Positions 47,219 to 57,407 of a stretch of 64,000 bases of DNA are shown one piece after another (positions within the stretch are counted from its first letter, which is position 1; the number at the start of each line of letters is the position of its first letter). The translations under genes and the position numbers were made by a program. Origin of the DNA: a virus (taxonomy: Duplodnaviria > Caudoviricetes); the IMG/VR virus record IMGVR_UViG_2889388703_000001, positions 1 through 64,000 of that record. The stretch is one strand, 5' to 3'. A model generated the notes under the pieces. The model was not told where the DNA came from. It saw nothing but the letters and a program-made list of their open reading frames with translations, and did not search any database.

Positions 47219-47623
47219 TTATAGGTAGGTTAATGACACTTTTATCCCATCGTTCAAAGCTTTCTCGAATGTATCGGTATATCCATCCATCTGCGATATG
47301 AGAGACAGATCCTCCATGTCGTACAGGCGGTAGTACCAGCCGTGTTTGTTGAGGTCGACAACGATGTGGATCTTTCCTTTTGTGCGGACCCATTTTTGCG
47401 CGGCGTATAGCGTGGGAGCCAGGTATTCACCCTGGTATCTTGTATATCTTAACAGATGACGGAACTTCCTCACGTGGAACGTTAATACGCTTAGCACCGA
47501 CCGTCCTGTTTCATCCGTTATGTAACTGGCACGACAGTCTTCTCTATATCCTTTGTCCTGAAGAAGTTTGGATACTTCAAAAGTGACAAAATCTTCATTT
47601 ATCATATTATGTTCTGCTGACAT
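47219..47623 (-). CDS. Hypothetical Bacteroidetes phage protein, paralog of 50680..51069
   Basis: EDFVTFEVSKLL...PTLYAAQKW. Confidence 0.65.
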   Translation of the reverse strand: MSAEHNMINEDFVTFEVSKLLQDKGYREDCRASYITDETGRSVLSVLTFHVRKFRHLLRYTRYQGEYLAPTLYAAQKWVRTKGKIHIVVDLNKHGWYYRLYDMEDLSLISQMDGYTDTFEKALNDGIKVSLTYL

Positions 47624-47627
47624 AGTG

Positions 47628-47963
47628 CTATGCTTTTAATGGTTTTAAAAAGTTTCTTGTAAAGCCTAAATCCAGTCCTCTATCGTGGTAGAATTTCAAT
47701 ACTGCATCGTAGCTGTGCCGGGTATAGAAACCTATATCGTCAAGAGAATTGATTATTTCCAAAGCTGTGTATCTCCGGTAATCTTCAATCGTAAAGTAAG
47801 TATTTGGAGAGTATTTGGAACCACCGGAAAACTTAAAGTGAAGGCTACCTTCATGCTCCTGTACCTGAACTACAGGCCAACGGTAACTGTCCTTAAATTT
47901 AGGAATATCCTTCCATTTAAGTTTTGACTTCCGGCTTTCGTGGATTCTAATTTTATTTTCCAA
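47628..47963 (-). CDS. Hypothetical protein
   Basis: ORF in operon. Confidence 0.55.
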   Translation of the reverse strand: MENKIRIHESRKSKLKWKDIPKFKDSYRWPVVQVQEHEGSLHFKFSGGSKYSPNTYFTIEDYRRYTALEIINSLDDIGFYTRHSYDAVLKFYHDRGLDLGFTRNFLKPLKA

Positions 47964-48219
47964 GACAAGTTATATTAAAATTGTTACCATTTGAACAATA
48001 ACTGCACATTGATGTGAACGGAGAATAAACCCTTCCGCACTTTGGACATATCCAACCTTGCTGTCCAAATATCCCCGAATTTAATTTTGTTGAATTTTCC
48101 TTTTCCTCCCTTGCCATTTCTATAGCTTTTAAGGCAGTTTCTTCCGATACAATGTAACAAAGTTGTCCTCCAGGATAATCTTCACGTCTTTTTGATTTTA
48201 TGTATTCTTCCGGTGTCAT
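47953..48219 (-). CDS. Zn-ribbon protein
   Basis: GWICPKCGRVYSPFTSMCSYC. Confidence 0.65.
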   Translation of the reverse strand: MTPEEYIKSKRREDYPGGQLCYIVSEETALKAIEMAREEKENSTKLNSGIFGQQGWICPKCGRVYSPFTSMCSYCSNGNNFNITCLGK

Positions 48220-48221
48220 AA

Positions 48222-48698
48222 TTATTGTATGTTAAGTAAAACCCATATTAAGCAGACAAACATAATGAAGGCGACAATCCCTGCACAAATGGCCGGGGTT
48301 AGCATTCTCTTCCACAATATATCTGCCTTGTGGCATCGTTCATTGATATAATTGATTTTTGACATGTGCTCACCAAACTGAAGCTCCATCATGTGACGTG
48401 CCCATCCAGTAAGCATCTTATCAAATCTTTGTCTGGCTTCTTCTTTGATAGTGAACTTACCTGAAGGGTTTAGCAGGTATGAATCTGTCCTGAACTCAAA
48501 CTCTTCTGAATCCAGAATATCACGTCCACCACTACTTCGTATCTCCATGGAGACTTTAAGCCATGGAATTGCTTTTGTTTCCCACATTTCGAGGGCACGT
48601 TTCTCTATTTCTTCTGCGTTGGCGTTGGCCAGCTCTTTCATCTTTTCGTACTCGTCTTTCGGAACGAATACGACTGCTTTTTTATCGTCGATATACAT
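48222..48698 (-). CDS. Hypothetical protein with C-terminal TM
   Basis: Hydrophobic C-terminus. Confidence 0.6.
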   Translation of the reverse strand: MYIDDKKAVVFVPKDEYEKMKELANANAEEIEKRALEMWETKAIPWLKVSMEIRSSGGRDILDSEEFEFRTDSYLLNPSGKFTIKEEARQRFDKMLTGWARHMMELQFGEHMSKINYINERCHKADILWKRMLTPAICAGIVAFIMFVCLIWVLLNIQ

Positions 48699-48714
48699 AG
48701 TTCCTGATTTTAGA

Positions 48715-49344
48715 TTATTCTTTACTTTCCTGACTTTCTTCGATCAGCCTTTCCACTTCCTGAATGTCGCAGGTGAATTTGTTATAAAAACTATCGTACT
48801 GGGAACATTCTTCGTCGACATACTCTATCCATGCCGTTTTGGTCTCAAGGTTGATAATTATCATCTGCCTGTTGCAGGAATCGTCTTTCCCGGCCACCCT
48901 GCTTTTCATCTGCTGAATATCGAAGTTGCAAAATATACGATGTAACTCCCCGTTATAATAATCGAATATCGGACCGGTGTAGATAATGTTTTTCGTTTTC
49001 ATACCTGGGTATTTAAGTTCAATCATTGGTTTATGGTATAATATCGGCCGTTTTATTTCGCTCCATGCGATTGGCCTTACATTGTAGGCCCATGTGCCGT
49101 CTGACATAATGAAGGAATTGGTGTATCTTCCGTCTTCGAGCATGACGTTCACGCATTGTCCTTTCGGAGGGAGTGAAGCTTGTACGCTTTTCCATTGTGA
49201 AAAAAACGACGCATCCCACGCTTGCCACATTGCTTCGGTTATATCGCCGATGTAGAAATGTACGTTTTCATTGCTGCCTGAGTCCTTATTACGTTCGTTA
49301 AACAGCTGCGTGGCGTATCGGTGTATATATTCTTTCTTATCCAT
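48715..49344 (-). CDS. DUF551-like domain protein
   Basis: WKSVQASLP...V...PIAWSEI. Confidence 0.5.
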   Translation of the reverse strand: MDKKEYIHRYATQLFNERNKDSGSNENVHFYIGDITEAMWQAWDASFFSQWKSVQASLPPKGQCVNVMLEDGRYTNSFIMSDGTWAYNVRPIAWSEIKRPILYHKPMIELKYPGMKTKNIIYTGPIFDYYNGELHRIFCNFDIQQMKSRVAGKDDSCNRQMIIINLETKTAWIEYVDEECSQYDSFYNKFTCDIQEVERLIEESQESKE

Positions 49345-49723
49345 GGTTTACTTCAATTAGTTTAGGTTTCGGAAACCAGTAGTCACATTCATAATCTCCG
49401 TAGTCCTCAAAATGAAAATCGGGAGAAGTGGCAACTTTGTATTTCCCGTCTTCCTGGTAGATGTATCCGCTTACGAATGCTCCGTTTGACACCATACGGC
49501 AGACAACTTCCTCGTTCGGGTCAGGTTGCCGTTCTTTTACGTTTGTCAAAAGGCCGCCGAGCATGGCATCCCATCCGTCCAGATATGCCTGTTCAACATA
49601 GTATATATCAAAATCGGACATTCGTTTTGCTCGTTCCATCCCGTATTTCTCCACATAATACGATTTAACTGAGTTCATAAGCCCATCGGCGTATTCTCTT
49701 GCTTTTTCTTCTTTCTTATTCAT
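49337..49723 (-). CDS. DUF551-like domain protein
   Basis: AYLDGW...VKERQP...DYWFPKP. Confidence 0.5.
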   Translation of the reverse strand: MNKKEEKAREYADGLMNSVKSYYVEKYGMERAKRMSDFDIYYVEQAYLDGWDAMLGGLLTNVKERQPDPNEEVVCRMVSNGAFVSGYIYQEDGKYKVATSPDFHFEDYGDYECDYWFPKPKLIEVNHG

Positions 49724-49726
49724 GGC

Positions 49727-50077
49727 CTACTTCAATTCTATATGTAATTCCTTATCTATCATCTTTGCGAGCTCTGGTATGCTCTTGTTTTGCCATTCCA
49801 CGCATATATCATCTATTTCATCGTCATAGTGATTGTCGTGAACGTATTCGTTTATCCAGGTAGCAAAATCATCTTCTGATATCCCTTCTTCATCATAGTC
49901 ATCTATTTCGGATGCTATATTCAGACAGTGCAGATGCGATTTCCAGGTGTAAACTGTGCCATCAAACTCCAAGGTGGCATTGTCGTACTTCTCTCCTTTC
50001 TCTATTATCCCTCCGCAGAAATTGCACTTGTGCTGTTTTCTTGCTATGGGTTTTCTTCTGTTTATTTCTTTTGGCAT
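49727..50077 (-). CDS. Zn-binding hypothetical protein
   Basis: ARKQHKCNFCGGIIEKGEKY...HLHC. Confidence 0.6.
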   Translation of the reverse strand: MPKEINRRKPIARKQHKCNFCGGIIEKGEKYDNATLEFDGTVYTWKSHLHCLNIASEIDDYDEEGISEDDFATWINEYVHDNHYDDEIDDICVEWQNKSIPELAKMIDKELHIELK

Positions 50078-50080
50078 AAG

Positions 50081-50347
50081 TTATTCCTCCTTGTTTAAAC
50101 ATGCTCCTTTCAGAGCGGCTTCTATTGCTTCTTCTATATTGTTGAAGTCATCGTAATAGTCCACATCATATATTCCGTCATCACCCATTACGCTCAGGTA
50201 GAATCGGGTTTTACCGGGCTCCTTCGCTTTACCATAACCTTGATTTGATGTTATGTAAAACTCACGCTTTTTGTAGTGAGCCAGGAATGTGGCCCTGGTG
50301 TATTCACGTATTTCCGATTTCCGGAATATGCAGCCTGCTATTTTCAT
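50081..50347 (-). CDS. Hypothetical protein
   Basis: ORF in operon. Confidence 0.55.
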   Translation of the reverse strand: MKIAGCIFRKSEIREYTRATFLAHYKKREFYITSNQGYGKAKEPGKTRFYLSVMGDDGIYDVDYYDDFNNIEEAIEAALKGACLNKEE

Positions 50348-50353
50348 ATCCTG

Positions 50354-50683
50354 CTATTTTACGGATACTACATTCGGGTAAAATTCTACAAAAGGAATTT
50401 CAACCCCCATGGTACGAAATGTATAAGTACTGTCTATCTTAATTCTTCCCAGCAGCTCCGGATGTGCAAGGAAACCATGTATGCTGAGTCTCATGGTCCC
50501 TTTGGAGGTGAAAAGTAGATAATAAACTTCGGTAGTCGTATTACCTTCACTTGAGGTTACATTTTCTATTTTCTCTATCCGGTTTACAGTGGCTATTACT
50601 TCAGTTCGGTTAGAGAATGTAGTTATTGCAGCTAGGATAGATATAACAATAGCAATAGCTATCATAAATGGTATTTTCTTCAT
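50354..50683 (-). CDS. Secreted/membrane-anchored OB-fold-like protein
   Basis: N-terminal TM, beta-rich. Confidence 0.55.
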   Translation of the reverse strand: MKKIPFMIAIAIVISILAAITTFSNRTEVIATVNRIEKIENVTSSEGNTTTEVYYLLFTSKGTMRLSIHGFLAHPELLGRIKIDSTYTFRTMGVEIPFVEFYPNVVSVK

Positions 50684-51069
50684 AATCTTCTTTCTTTAAT
50701 CAGTTCACATGACTCACGGATTCCTTCATTCAGCACTTTTTCATAGCTCCGATATACCTTAGTTTCTCTGTATTCCTTTGAATTTAAAGAGTGAATATCA
50801 CAGATAAAATCAGATTTTCTTGTAGGAGCATGGAAACAAATAATCTTTATGTCTAAATGAATATCATAATTTTCACGTAACCATCTCTGAGCTTCATATA
50901 AAGTTGGTCTGGAAAAGCAACAATCAACCGATTCGTTGAAGTTTTCGGGTTCCTGGCACACCCATACTGTCCCTGTCTTAGTATATTGGGAATGCACAGG
51001 TTCATTAAACCCTATTTCTTTCAAAAGCAATCCTACATCGTGTGTTACATAATCTTCCGGTCTAAACAT
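50680..51069 (-). CDS. Hypothetical protein, paralog of 47219..47623
   Basis: EDYVTHDVGLLLKEIGF...PTLYEAQRWLR. Confidence 0.65.
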   Translation of the reverse strand: MFRPEDYVTHDVGLLLKEIGFNEPVHSQYTKTGTVWVCQEPENFNESVDCCFSRPTLYEAQRWLRENYDIHLDIKIICFHAPTRKSDFICDIHSLNSKEYRETKVYRSYEKVLNEGIRESCELIKERRL

Positions 51070-51077
51070 GGCTATTT

Positions 51078-51683
51078 TTATTTATAAGGGTTATTATCCA
51101 AAACTAAAGCAGAAACGGCCAGCCCTTGTGCGATCAGGTTGCGGTAGTCTATGTGACACTGATGCAGCACGTGAAAGACTTGCTGGAAATGGCGAAGGCC
51201 CAATTGAGTGCTGTTATGCTTCCCTTCTTCCGGTGTAATAAAGAAGCTCTGCAAGCTCATTTCGCACACCTTACCTCCCCAGGCGAAGAACTCCACGCAT
51301 TCTCTTTCTTCGTCGAAATTCCAGGTGGTATAAAGGCCCATATACCCGTCGAAATCGAATGCTTCTGCCAGGTACTTCATCGGGCAAATTTCCGAGCCGT
51401 TCACAAAGATTTCTTCTGTGATTGAAGACAGCGGATAGAGTATCGGTTTTATATCTCCCAATCTGAACCCTTTCCCGAGACATCTTTCGCCTTTTAATGT
51501 TTCGGCATTCAGGCCAATTTCGTTAGCATGCTTGTCTTTTTTCTTATAAGCCCATACCTTATATCTGTCGGCTAAGTTTATAACGTCCATTCCGATCATT
51601 CCTTGTTTAGTGATAAACGCCAAGCCAAACGGTAATCTGGCTGAAATATCTTCCAGTAACAGTAGTTTTTCTTCTTCTTTCAT
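51078..51683 (-). CDS. Hypothetical Bacteroidetes phage protein
   Basis: LLLEDISARLPFG...IKPILYPLSS...HIDYRNLI; likely start MKEEEK. Confidence 0.65.
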   Translation of the reverse strand: MKEEEKLLLLEDISARLPFGLAFITKQGMIGMDVINLADRYKVWAYKKKDKHANEIGLNAETLKGERCLGKGFRLGDIKPILYPLSSITEEIFVNGSEICPMKYLAEAFDFDGYMGLYTTWNFDEERECVEFFAWGGKVCEMSLQSFFITPEEGKHNSTQLGLRHFQQVFHVLHQCHIDYRNLIAQGLAVSALVLDNNPYK

Positions 51684-51687
51684 GATG

Positions 51688-52275
51688 TTATTCTTTATTT
51701 TTACAAAACTCTTCAAATTCAGATAAAGCATTTTTTATGGAATCAGCTAATAATCTCGAATACGAGTCTCCACATTTTGCGAAGGAAGGCATGGTCGTTT
51801 GCGACCAAATCCGGTCGCCTGTTTTTTGTGGCCTAGGATCATCCATGAAAAATGTAATTGTATGCGTTTCGTAGTTATCCATATTTATTTGGATCTCTAC
51901 TGTCTTACCATGTATTTTCTTTGCTGCATAAAGTACCATCTGATTAGAAATCGTACTTTCAAGCACTCTATTGACAAGGCCGACGTATTCTAATGGACGT
52001 ATGTACTTTTCCCAATATTTGTTCTCTTCCTCACTTCTTATATTAGACAAGTAGTTTCTATTTTGGTAGTTATTACATCTGTGAAATCTTCCTAGTACGT
52101 CACCAGATAGCCTACAATAAAAAGTGGTGCACACTTCCCCATTTCTGGCTCTATTCAGATTCCAAGCGAAACGTTTACAATTGACACAAACTTCAACTGG
52201 TCCCCATTCTGATTCGGATTTTCTTATTCTATCCGACAATTCACGTAGTTTTTTCTTTTCTTCCTCTGAAATCAT
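51688..52275 (-). CDS. Hypothetical protein
   Basis: ORF in operon. Confidence 0.55.
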   Translation of the reverse strand: MISEEEKKKLRELSDRIRKSESEWGPVEVCVNCKRFAWNLNRARNGEVCTTFYCRLSGDVLGRFHRCNNYQNRNYLSNIRSEEENKYWEKYIRPLEYVGLVNRVLESTISNQMVLYAAKKIHGKTVEIQINMDNYETHTITFFMDDPRPQKTGDRIWSQTTMPSFAKCGDSYSRLLADSIKNALSEFEEFCKNKE

Positions 52276-52568
52276 TGTCCATCTAATTTAGTGATAACAT
52301 AATCGGCTTTGTTCCATCCTGTACAAAAGGAAACGGCTGCAATCCTGGCTTTTAAAACCTTTTCCGGGAAATCTTCATTTAACAGCTTCCCTTTCCGGTA
52401 GTGTGCAACGTGTGAAGTTGCATCTACGACGAAGGAACCGCTAATAGCCGGGTACTTTTTCAGGATTTCTTCGATAAACTCTCCGACGGTATATTGCCTG
52501 TCAAAATCCACATATCCTCCAACATAGGGAGAAGCATGGTTGGGAAAGACTCTAATTAGTTCAAACAT
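52272..52568 (-). CDS. Hypothetical protein
   Basis: ORF in operon. Confidence 0.55.
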   Translation of the reverse strand: MFELIRVFPNHASPYVGGYVDFDRQYTVGEFIEEILKKYPAISGSFVVDATSHVAHYRKGKLLNEDFPEKVLKARIAAVSFCTGWNKADYVITKLDGQ

Positions 52569-52593
52569 AGGCTATGTACTTCGATTTATGGTT

Positions 52594-52818
52594 TTATTCA
52601 ACTATCAAGTGATTATGAATTTCCATAATTTTCAGAATCCGAACTTCGCATCTCATAATCCCTAAATCCTTTGCTATGGCTCCTTTTGCAGCCTGATGAA
52701 GGGTTGAATGATCCGTCTGTTCTTCTTCTGTACGGACCGGAAGGAGGTATTCTTCACGGAATCTAACCGGAGGTGTACCGGCTTCAAAAACCACGGAAAA
52801 GTTCTTTTTTATTAGCAT
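52594..52818 (-). CDS. Hypothetical protein
   Basis: ORF in operon. Confidence 0.5.
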   Translation of the reverse strand: MLIKKNFSVVFEAGTPPVRFREEYLLPVRTEEEQTDHSTLHQAAKGAIAKDLGIMRCEVRILKIMEIHNHLIVE

Positions 52819-52821
52819 TTG

Positions 52822-53136
52822 TCATTCTCCTCTCAACTTCTTATCCAGCATGATCTGCAGTGCTTCATCGCCGCGTCCCATCTTATTCATCATTTCGCCG
52901 ACCTGCTTATCGAAATCGCTGCTTTGCAGGCTTACAAGGGCTATCATGGCGAGTGTCTGTATCTGGCTTGACTGAATGGCTGTTACTTCTATTACTTTTT
53001 CAAGCATACCGGCATCCGAGAATCCTCTTTCTTTCATCGAAAGAAGACCTTTTGAATTTTTCGTGCTGGACTCTATTGTCTGAAGTATGTATTTCAATAC
53101 TCCTCTTTTATCTTTCAATAAATCTGCAATATCCAT
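52822..53136 (-). CDS. Hypothetical protein
   Basis: ORF in operon. Confidence 0.6.
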   Translation of the reverse strand: MDIADLLKDKRGVLKYILQTIESSTKNSKGLLSMKERGFSDAGMLEKVIEVTAIQSSQIQTLAMIALVSLQSSDFDKQVGEMMNKMGRGDEALQIMLDKKLRGE

Positions 53137-53147
53137 GATTTAGAGGT

Positions 53148-53498
53148 TTACGATTTTCTATTTTTCTCTTCTTTCAAAGCCTGAAGCTTCGCAAAAAGTC
53201 CGCTCTTCTTACTTCCACATTTCCTGGATGATATGTTTCTAAAAGCCATTCCGATTGCTATCATTGAGATTGCTGATTTTATCTGCTGTATTTCTGCGCT
53301 ATCTGTCCCGAAATCACGTAATACCTCCTCATTGATAACTACATTATTTATTTCATCTTTTACATCTTCAAATGACACCATATCGAATCCGGATACAAGC
53401 ATCACGGCTTTGATAAATTCTTTTTCCACTTCAAAAGTGATACTCACTTTTTCATTCTGATTGTTTCCCATATCTCCCACTATTTTAAATTCCTTCAT
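53148..53498 (-). CDS. Hypothetical protein
   Basis: ORF in operon; start uncertain. Confidence 0.55.
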   Translation of the reverse strand: MKEFKIVGDMGNNQNEKVSITFEVEKEFIKAVMLVSGFDMVSFEDVKDEINNVVINEEVLRDFGTDSAEIQQIKSAISMIAIGMAFRNISSRKCGSKKSGLFAKLQALKEEKNRKS

Positions 53499-53781
53499 AA
53501 ATCGGCATCGGAACAGAAGTGTCCACAAACAAATGCCCTACAAACGAACCGTTGAAAAGTATAAAAGTCCCTATATACATCATGTAAGGCTCAAGGTTTA
53601 TCTCTTCACCGGTCATTACCATACGGAACTTTACTCCCCGCTGTGGCTTTGATTCATCTTCCAATGCCCAGATATATGCTTTCTCGTTTACCACATCAAG
53701 TTTCAGCAGCTTGCTTCCCTCGTGAAGCGGGAGCGTAAACTCTGACGCTGCCGGGATTTTATGTTTTAAAATTCTTGCCAT
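53485..53781 (-). CDS. Small conserved phage protein
   Basis: IWAL...TGE...YIGT...FVGHLF pattern. Confidence 0.6.
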   Translation of the reverse strand: MARILKHKIPAASEFTLPLHEGSKLLKLDVVNEKAYIWALEDESKPQRGVKFRMVMTGEEINLEPYMMYIGTFILFNGSFVGHLFVDTSVPMPIYEGI

Positions 53782-53802
53782 ATTCTTTTCTTTTTAAGGT
53801 TA

Positions 53803-56800
53803 TTAATCATCTTCAAAGCGATACTTTTCTTCCCACTCTTCGTCGGTTTCCGGGCAGGAAAGTATCTCCTTGGAGTCTTTGGGTTCCTCACCCAGCTTGT
53901 AGAAAAAGCACACACGGGTAAATTTACGGGTGCGTTCCTCACGACGGATCGTGTCGTTCATAAACTCCTGCTCCCAGGCGTAGTGACGGGGATATTTGGA
54001 GCCTTTGTCCGAGCGGTAGACGATGGAAGGGTTCATGGTGTACTGCATATTGAAGCAGTAAGCCTGCATCTTTTCTATCATTTCGTTCTTCACGGATTTC
54101 ACGCTCTGCAATGTCACCGCGTCGCCCCGGTGTTCCAGATAGCTGATGGCCATTTCACTGATGGACACCGGCCTTTTCCAGTGCCACTGGTTCGCAAAGA
54201 AATGGTTGGCCCAGTCAATGAATACCTGGTCCTTGATGGCGGAGTAAAGGATTCGCATCTGCCCGTCCTGCGACATGGGCGGTATCAGGCTTTCCTGCAG
54301 GCCGAGGTAAAACTGACAGCTTTGCAGCATCATGTACACCGCTTCGTCGCGTTCCTCTTCGGTGGCTTCCAGGAAGATGTCTTTCCCGAACTTTGTCTGC
54401 GGCGTGCGTTTCTTGAACTGACCGGCGTAGTCCTCGTCGTGGTAGTAATCGCTCTGCATGGCCAGGAATATACGGCGTGAGGTGCTTCCTTCGGTCATGT
54501 CGAACGGCATCTTGTTCATGGTAATGAATATCTTCGGGGTTGCCTCGCGCGGCAGTGTCATTTCATCGTGATACAGGGTCTTTACCGTAATGTTGTCCGT
54601 AATGTTGTAGAACTCGCTTCCCATCATGTCGGGACGAAGGTCGTCTATCAGACACATGCTGTCCACGGTATAATGGAACTTGTCGAAGTTCTTGGCCATG
54701 TTTTCCTTCTTCTTCAAGGTCTGACCGGGGATGTAGCACACCTTCCGAACCAGCTCGAAGAAAGAGCGGAAGAAACTTTTTCCGGTACCTCCGCTGTTCT
54801 TCCCTTCATCGGCCACGGTGTACTCCGTCACGACTCCCATCTTCTGCATGGTGCCTGTACGGTATCGCGAAAGCATGTAGCCCATGAGCGCTACCTTGCA
54901 AATGAAGTGCATGTCCTGTCGTTGCTTTTCCAGCTCGGTAAGCGGATAGCCTTCGGCTTCCTTTCGCCAGTGTATGCGGCTGGTGTCGTACAGCCACTGC
55001 ACGCAGACAGGCATCTGGTCAATATCTTTCGGCATTTTCAGCAGGAAGCGGTACAGACGCTGGTAGGCGATGAACTCTGCATCCTCACGGCGGCGCTCGT
55101 TCTCGTTCATCCGCTTGTCGGCCATTCGCTGATCGTTCAGCTCCTTACGTGCGGCATATTCCGGATTCTCCTCGATAGTGAAAAGCGAAGACTTCATCGG
55201 ATGGTAATCGGCGTCAATAATCGCTTTTCGGTTCACATGGAAAGGCAGATCCACGTAGTCCACCGGCTCGATGCTGTCGGCCGTCACCTTCACGGCGCAG
55301 TTGCGGAAGAAGAAATAATCGAAATCCTTCCCCCACGACATGAAGTTCAGGTCTACTTTCTTGATTCCGGACATGGTGTCGCGTCCGATTTTCTTCTGGG
55401 TACTGATGGCGTTGCTCAGTTCCTCGGAGTAATACTGTGAGTTGTATATCAGGAAGTCTTTCATGATTTCCTTCGCTTCGCTCAGTGCCTGGCTCTCTTC
55501 CACCACATCGACAATGTTGTTGCTGATGTGCACAAACTTGGTGGTATCCGCTTCGTCGGTGTATTTGTAGAATCCGTTGGCCGAAAGGAACTGGGCCATA
55601 TTGTCGAAGTTCAGGGTGTATTTTCGTACCACTACCTTACTTTCGTCTTCCTGCTTTTTGGTCTGGTACTGCACATCCCAGAAGCGCATCCGTCGGGCGG
55701 TCTTGAGCAGGTCGTCAAAGTAGCGGTTTACGTTGGTGTGCATGAGCTTTTCATTGCGGCGCATCACTGCCGGGTAGAAGTTGAAGAACTCTTCGGCATC
55801 CTTGCACGTTTTCCCGCTGCGGGGATTGTACTGGGTGGAGAGGTCTTCGGGCAGATAGAGCACTTTCAGTTCCACGTGTTTCAGGGCCAGCCGGTTCATG
55901 GCGCGTATGCCGGTGCGGTCGATGTCATACAGCACAAACACTTCCATGGAGATGTCCAGCAGGCGACGGATCGTTTTCGACGAAATCTCCACACTCTCGG
56001 AGTGGGGAAACACCACATGAGCGTCGCTATGGAAGTACACATTGATGGCATCGCGCGGTCCGGAACAGATCACAATCCGGCGGAACACGTCGGCAAAAGC
56101 ACGGGTACGCCGTCCCTGCTCGTCCACCCGGGTTTTCTCTATATTGATAATGGGATGTCCTTCCTTGTCGGAGGTTTCCACACGTCCGGTCTGCAGGGCA
56201 CGCATCACGTCTGCATCGCCGTAGATTTCCTTGTGGAATCCTTCCGGACGGCTTCCTCCCTGGTACCACCAGGTAAACTTGTAGTTGGGCTGGCGGCGGC
56301 CGTCCGAATCGGTCGTCTCGCGGAAATAAGGCTCATATTTTCGTGCCCACCATCCGTTTTCGTCTTCGTAACGAAAAAGAAAAATCGGGTAAGAAGGCGT
56401 AGACTTCACTTCGTAGCTGGTCAGTACGCCGTCAGCATCGGCCTTCTCGGGCGTAACGTAGCTTTCCAGCGGATAGAGGTTGAAAATGGTGCTTAGCTGG
56501 GTGCTGTCGAAGGGAGCGGGCATGTCGCCACGGTAAAAATCGGGATTGAACGAACAGCGCAACAGGTTGTTTCCGTCGGCATCGGTCACGGCTGTCTGCT
56601 CGGGGCCTTCGCTTGTGTTTTTCCCGGTGCGGAACACGGGGAGCACCTGGCATCCCAGCGCACGGAGCTCAGCGGGTGTAAACTCGCCCTTACGGATGCG
56701 GAAATCCACTTCCGGCTGCGGGGCGGTCTTGCGTGCCCGGTGGAAGAATCCGTTCTTGTAATCTCCTTCAATAATCAGGTTGAAGTCTTTTGCCAGCCGG

Positions 56801-57102
56801 TTCACCGCGTCCGGAAAGTCGTGTTTCTCTCCTGCGCGTTCCAGAAGGCGCTGCTGCAGCATGATGGCCCCTACCCCTTTGCTCCGGTTCTGCTCGCCGC
56901 ATACGAAGCAATTGAAGGCTGCATAGCGTTCGCCCTTTGGCGGGAACTTGCTCACACAGAAACTTCCGTTCTTCTCTTCGTGAAACGGGCAGCGGTAGAA
57001 TACGCTGCGTGCGGTCTGCGATGCGGGAAGGTATCCGTTGTTGCGCATCACGTCGGGAAGCGGGAGCGCATTGAGTTTATCAACTGTTTTGTCAGAAATC
57101 AT
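53803..57102 (-). CDS. Primase-helicase (CHC2 Zn finger, TOPRIM-like, P-loop ATPase)
   Basis: CPFHEEKNGSF...FNCFVC; SGPRDA...YDIDRTG; GGTGKS Walker A, LIDD Walker B. Confidence 0.85.
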   Translation of the reverse strand: MISDKTVDKLNALPLPDVMRNNGYLPASQTARSVFYRCPFHEEKNGSFCVSKFPPKGERYAAFNCFVCGEQNRSKGVGAIMLQQRLLERAGEKHDFPDAVNRLAKDFNLIIEGDYKNGFFHRARKTAPQPEVDFRIRKGEFTPAELRALGCQVLPVFRTGKNTSEGPEQTAVTDADGNNLLRCSFNPDFYRGDMPAPFDSTQLSTIFNLYPLESYVTPEKADADGVLTSYEVKSTPSYPIFLFRYEDENGWWARKYEPYFRETTDSDGRRQPNYKFTWWYQGGSRPEGFHKEIYGDADVMRALQTGRVETSDKEGHPIINIEKTRVDEQGRRTRAFADVFRRIVICSGPRDAINVYFHSDAHVVFPHSESVEISSKTIRRLLDISMEVFVLYDIDRTGIRAMNRLALKHVELKVLYLPEDLSTQYNPRSGKTCKDAEEFFNFYPAVMRRNEKLMHTNVNRYFDDLLKTARRMRFWDVQYQTKKQEDESKVVVRKYTLNFDNMAQFLSANGFYKYTDEADTTKFVHISNNIVDVVEESQALSEAKEIMKDFLIYNSQYYSEELSNAISTQKKIGRDTMSGIKKVDLNFMSWGKDFDYFFFRNCAVKVTADSIEPVDYVDLPFHVNRKAIIDADYHPMKSSLFTIEENPEYAARKELNDQRMADKRMNENERRREDAEFIAYQRLYRFLLKMPKDIDQMPVCVQWLYDTSRIHWRKEAEGYPLTELEKQRQDMHFICKVALMGYMLSRYRTGTMQKMGVVTEYTVADEGKNSGGTGKSFFRSFFELVRKVCYIPGQTLKKKENMAKNFDKFHYTVDSMCLIDDLRPDMMGSEFYNITDNITVKTLYHDEMTLPREATPKIFITMNKMPFDMTEGSTSRRIFLAMQSDYYHDEDYAGQFKKRTPQTKFGKDIFLEATEEERDEAVYMMLQSCQFYLGLQESLIPPMSQDGQMRILYSAIKDQVFIDWANHFFANQWHWKRPVSISEMAISYLEHRGDAVTLQSVKSVKNEMIEKMQAYCFNMQYTMNPSIVYRSDKGSKYPRHYAWEQEFMNDTIRREERTRKFTRVCFFYKLGEEPKDSKEILSCPETDEEWEEKYRFEDD

Positions 57103-57113
57103 TTCAGGGAATT

Positions 57114-57407
57114 TTAAGAGAGGAATTTCACCTCGTAGTTCATGCTTTCCATTTTGGCTTGTATCATTTCTTTCAGGCTATCGGGCAGGCACATCATAGG
57201 GTCTGGCTCATGCAGGTAAATCGTATCTTCCTGCACGCTTCCTGTGGCAGAATATCCGTCGTACACCAGCTCGTTCATGAGCTTCTGCATGCACGACTTC
57301 GACAGGTTGCTGCAAGCTATGCTCACGCTACCTTCCGGATAGCCTATCGCTATTTCTGTGTGACGCACATGGAAACGCTGTTCATATACCGCTCTGCTTC
57401 GTTTCAT
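57114..57407 (-). CDS. Hypothetical protein
   Basis: ORF coupled to neighbours. Confidence 0.6.
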   Translation of the reverse strand: MKRSRAVYEQRFHVRHTEIAIGYPEGSVSIACSNLSKSCMQKLMNELVYDGYSATGSVQEDTIYLHEPDPMMCLPDSLKEMIQAKMESMNYEVKFLS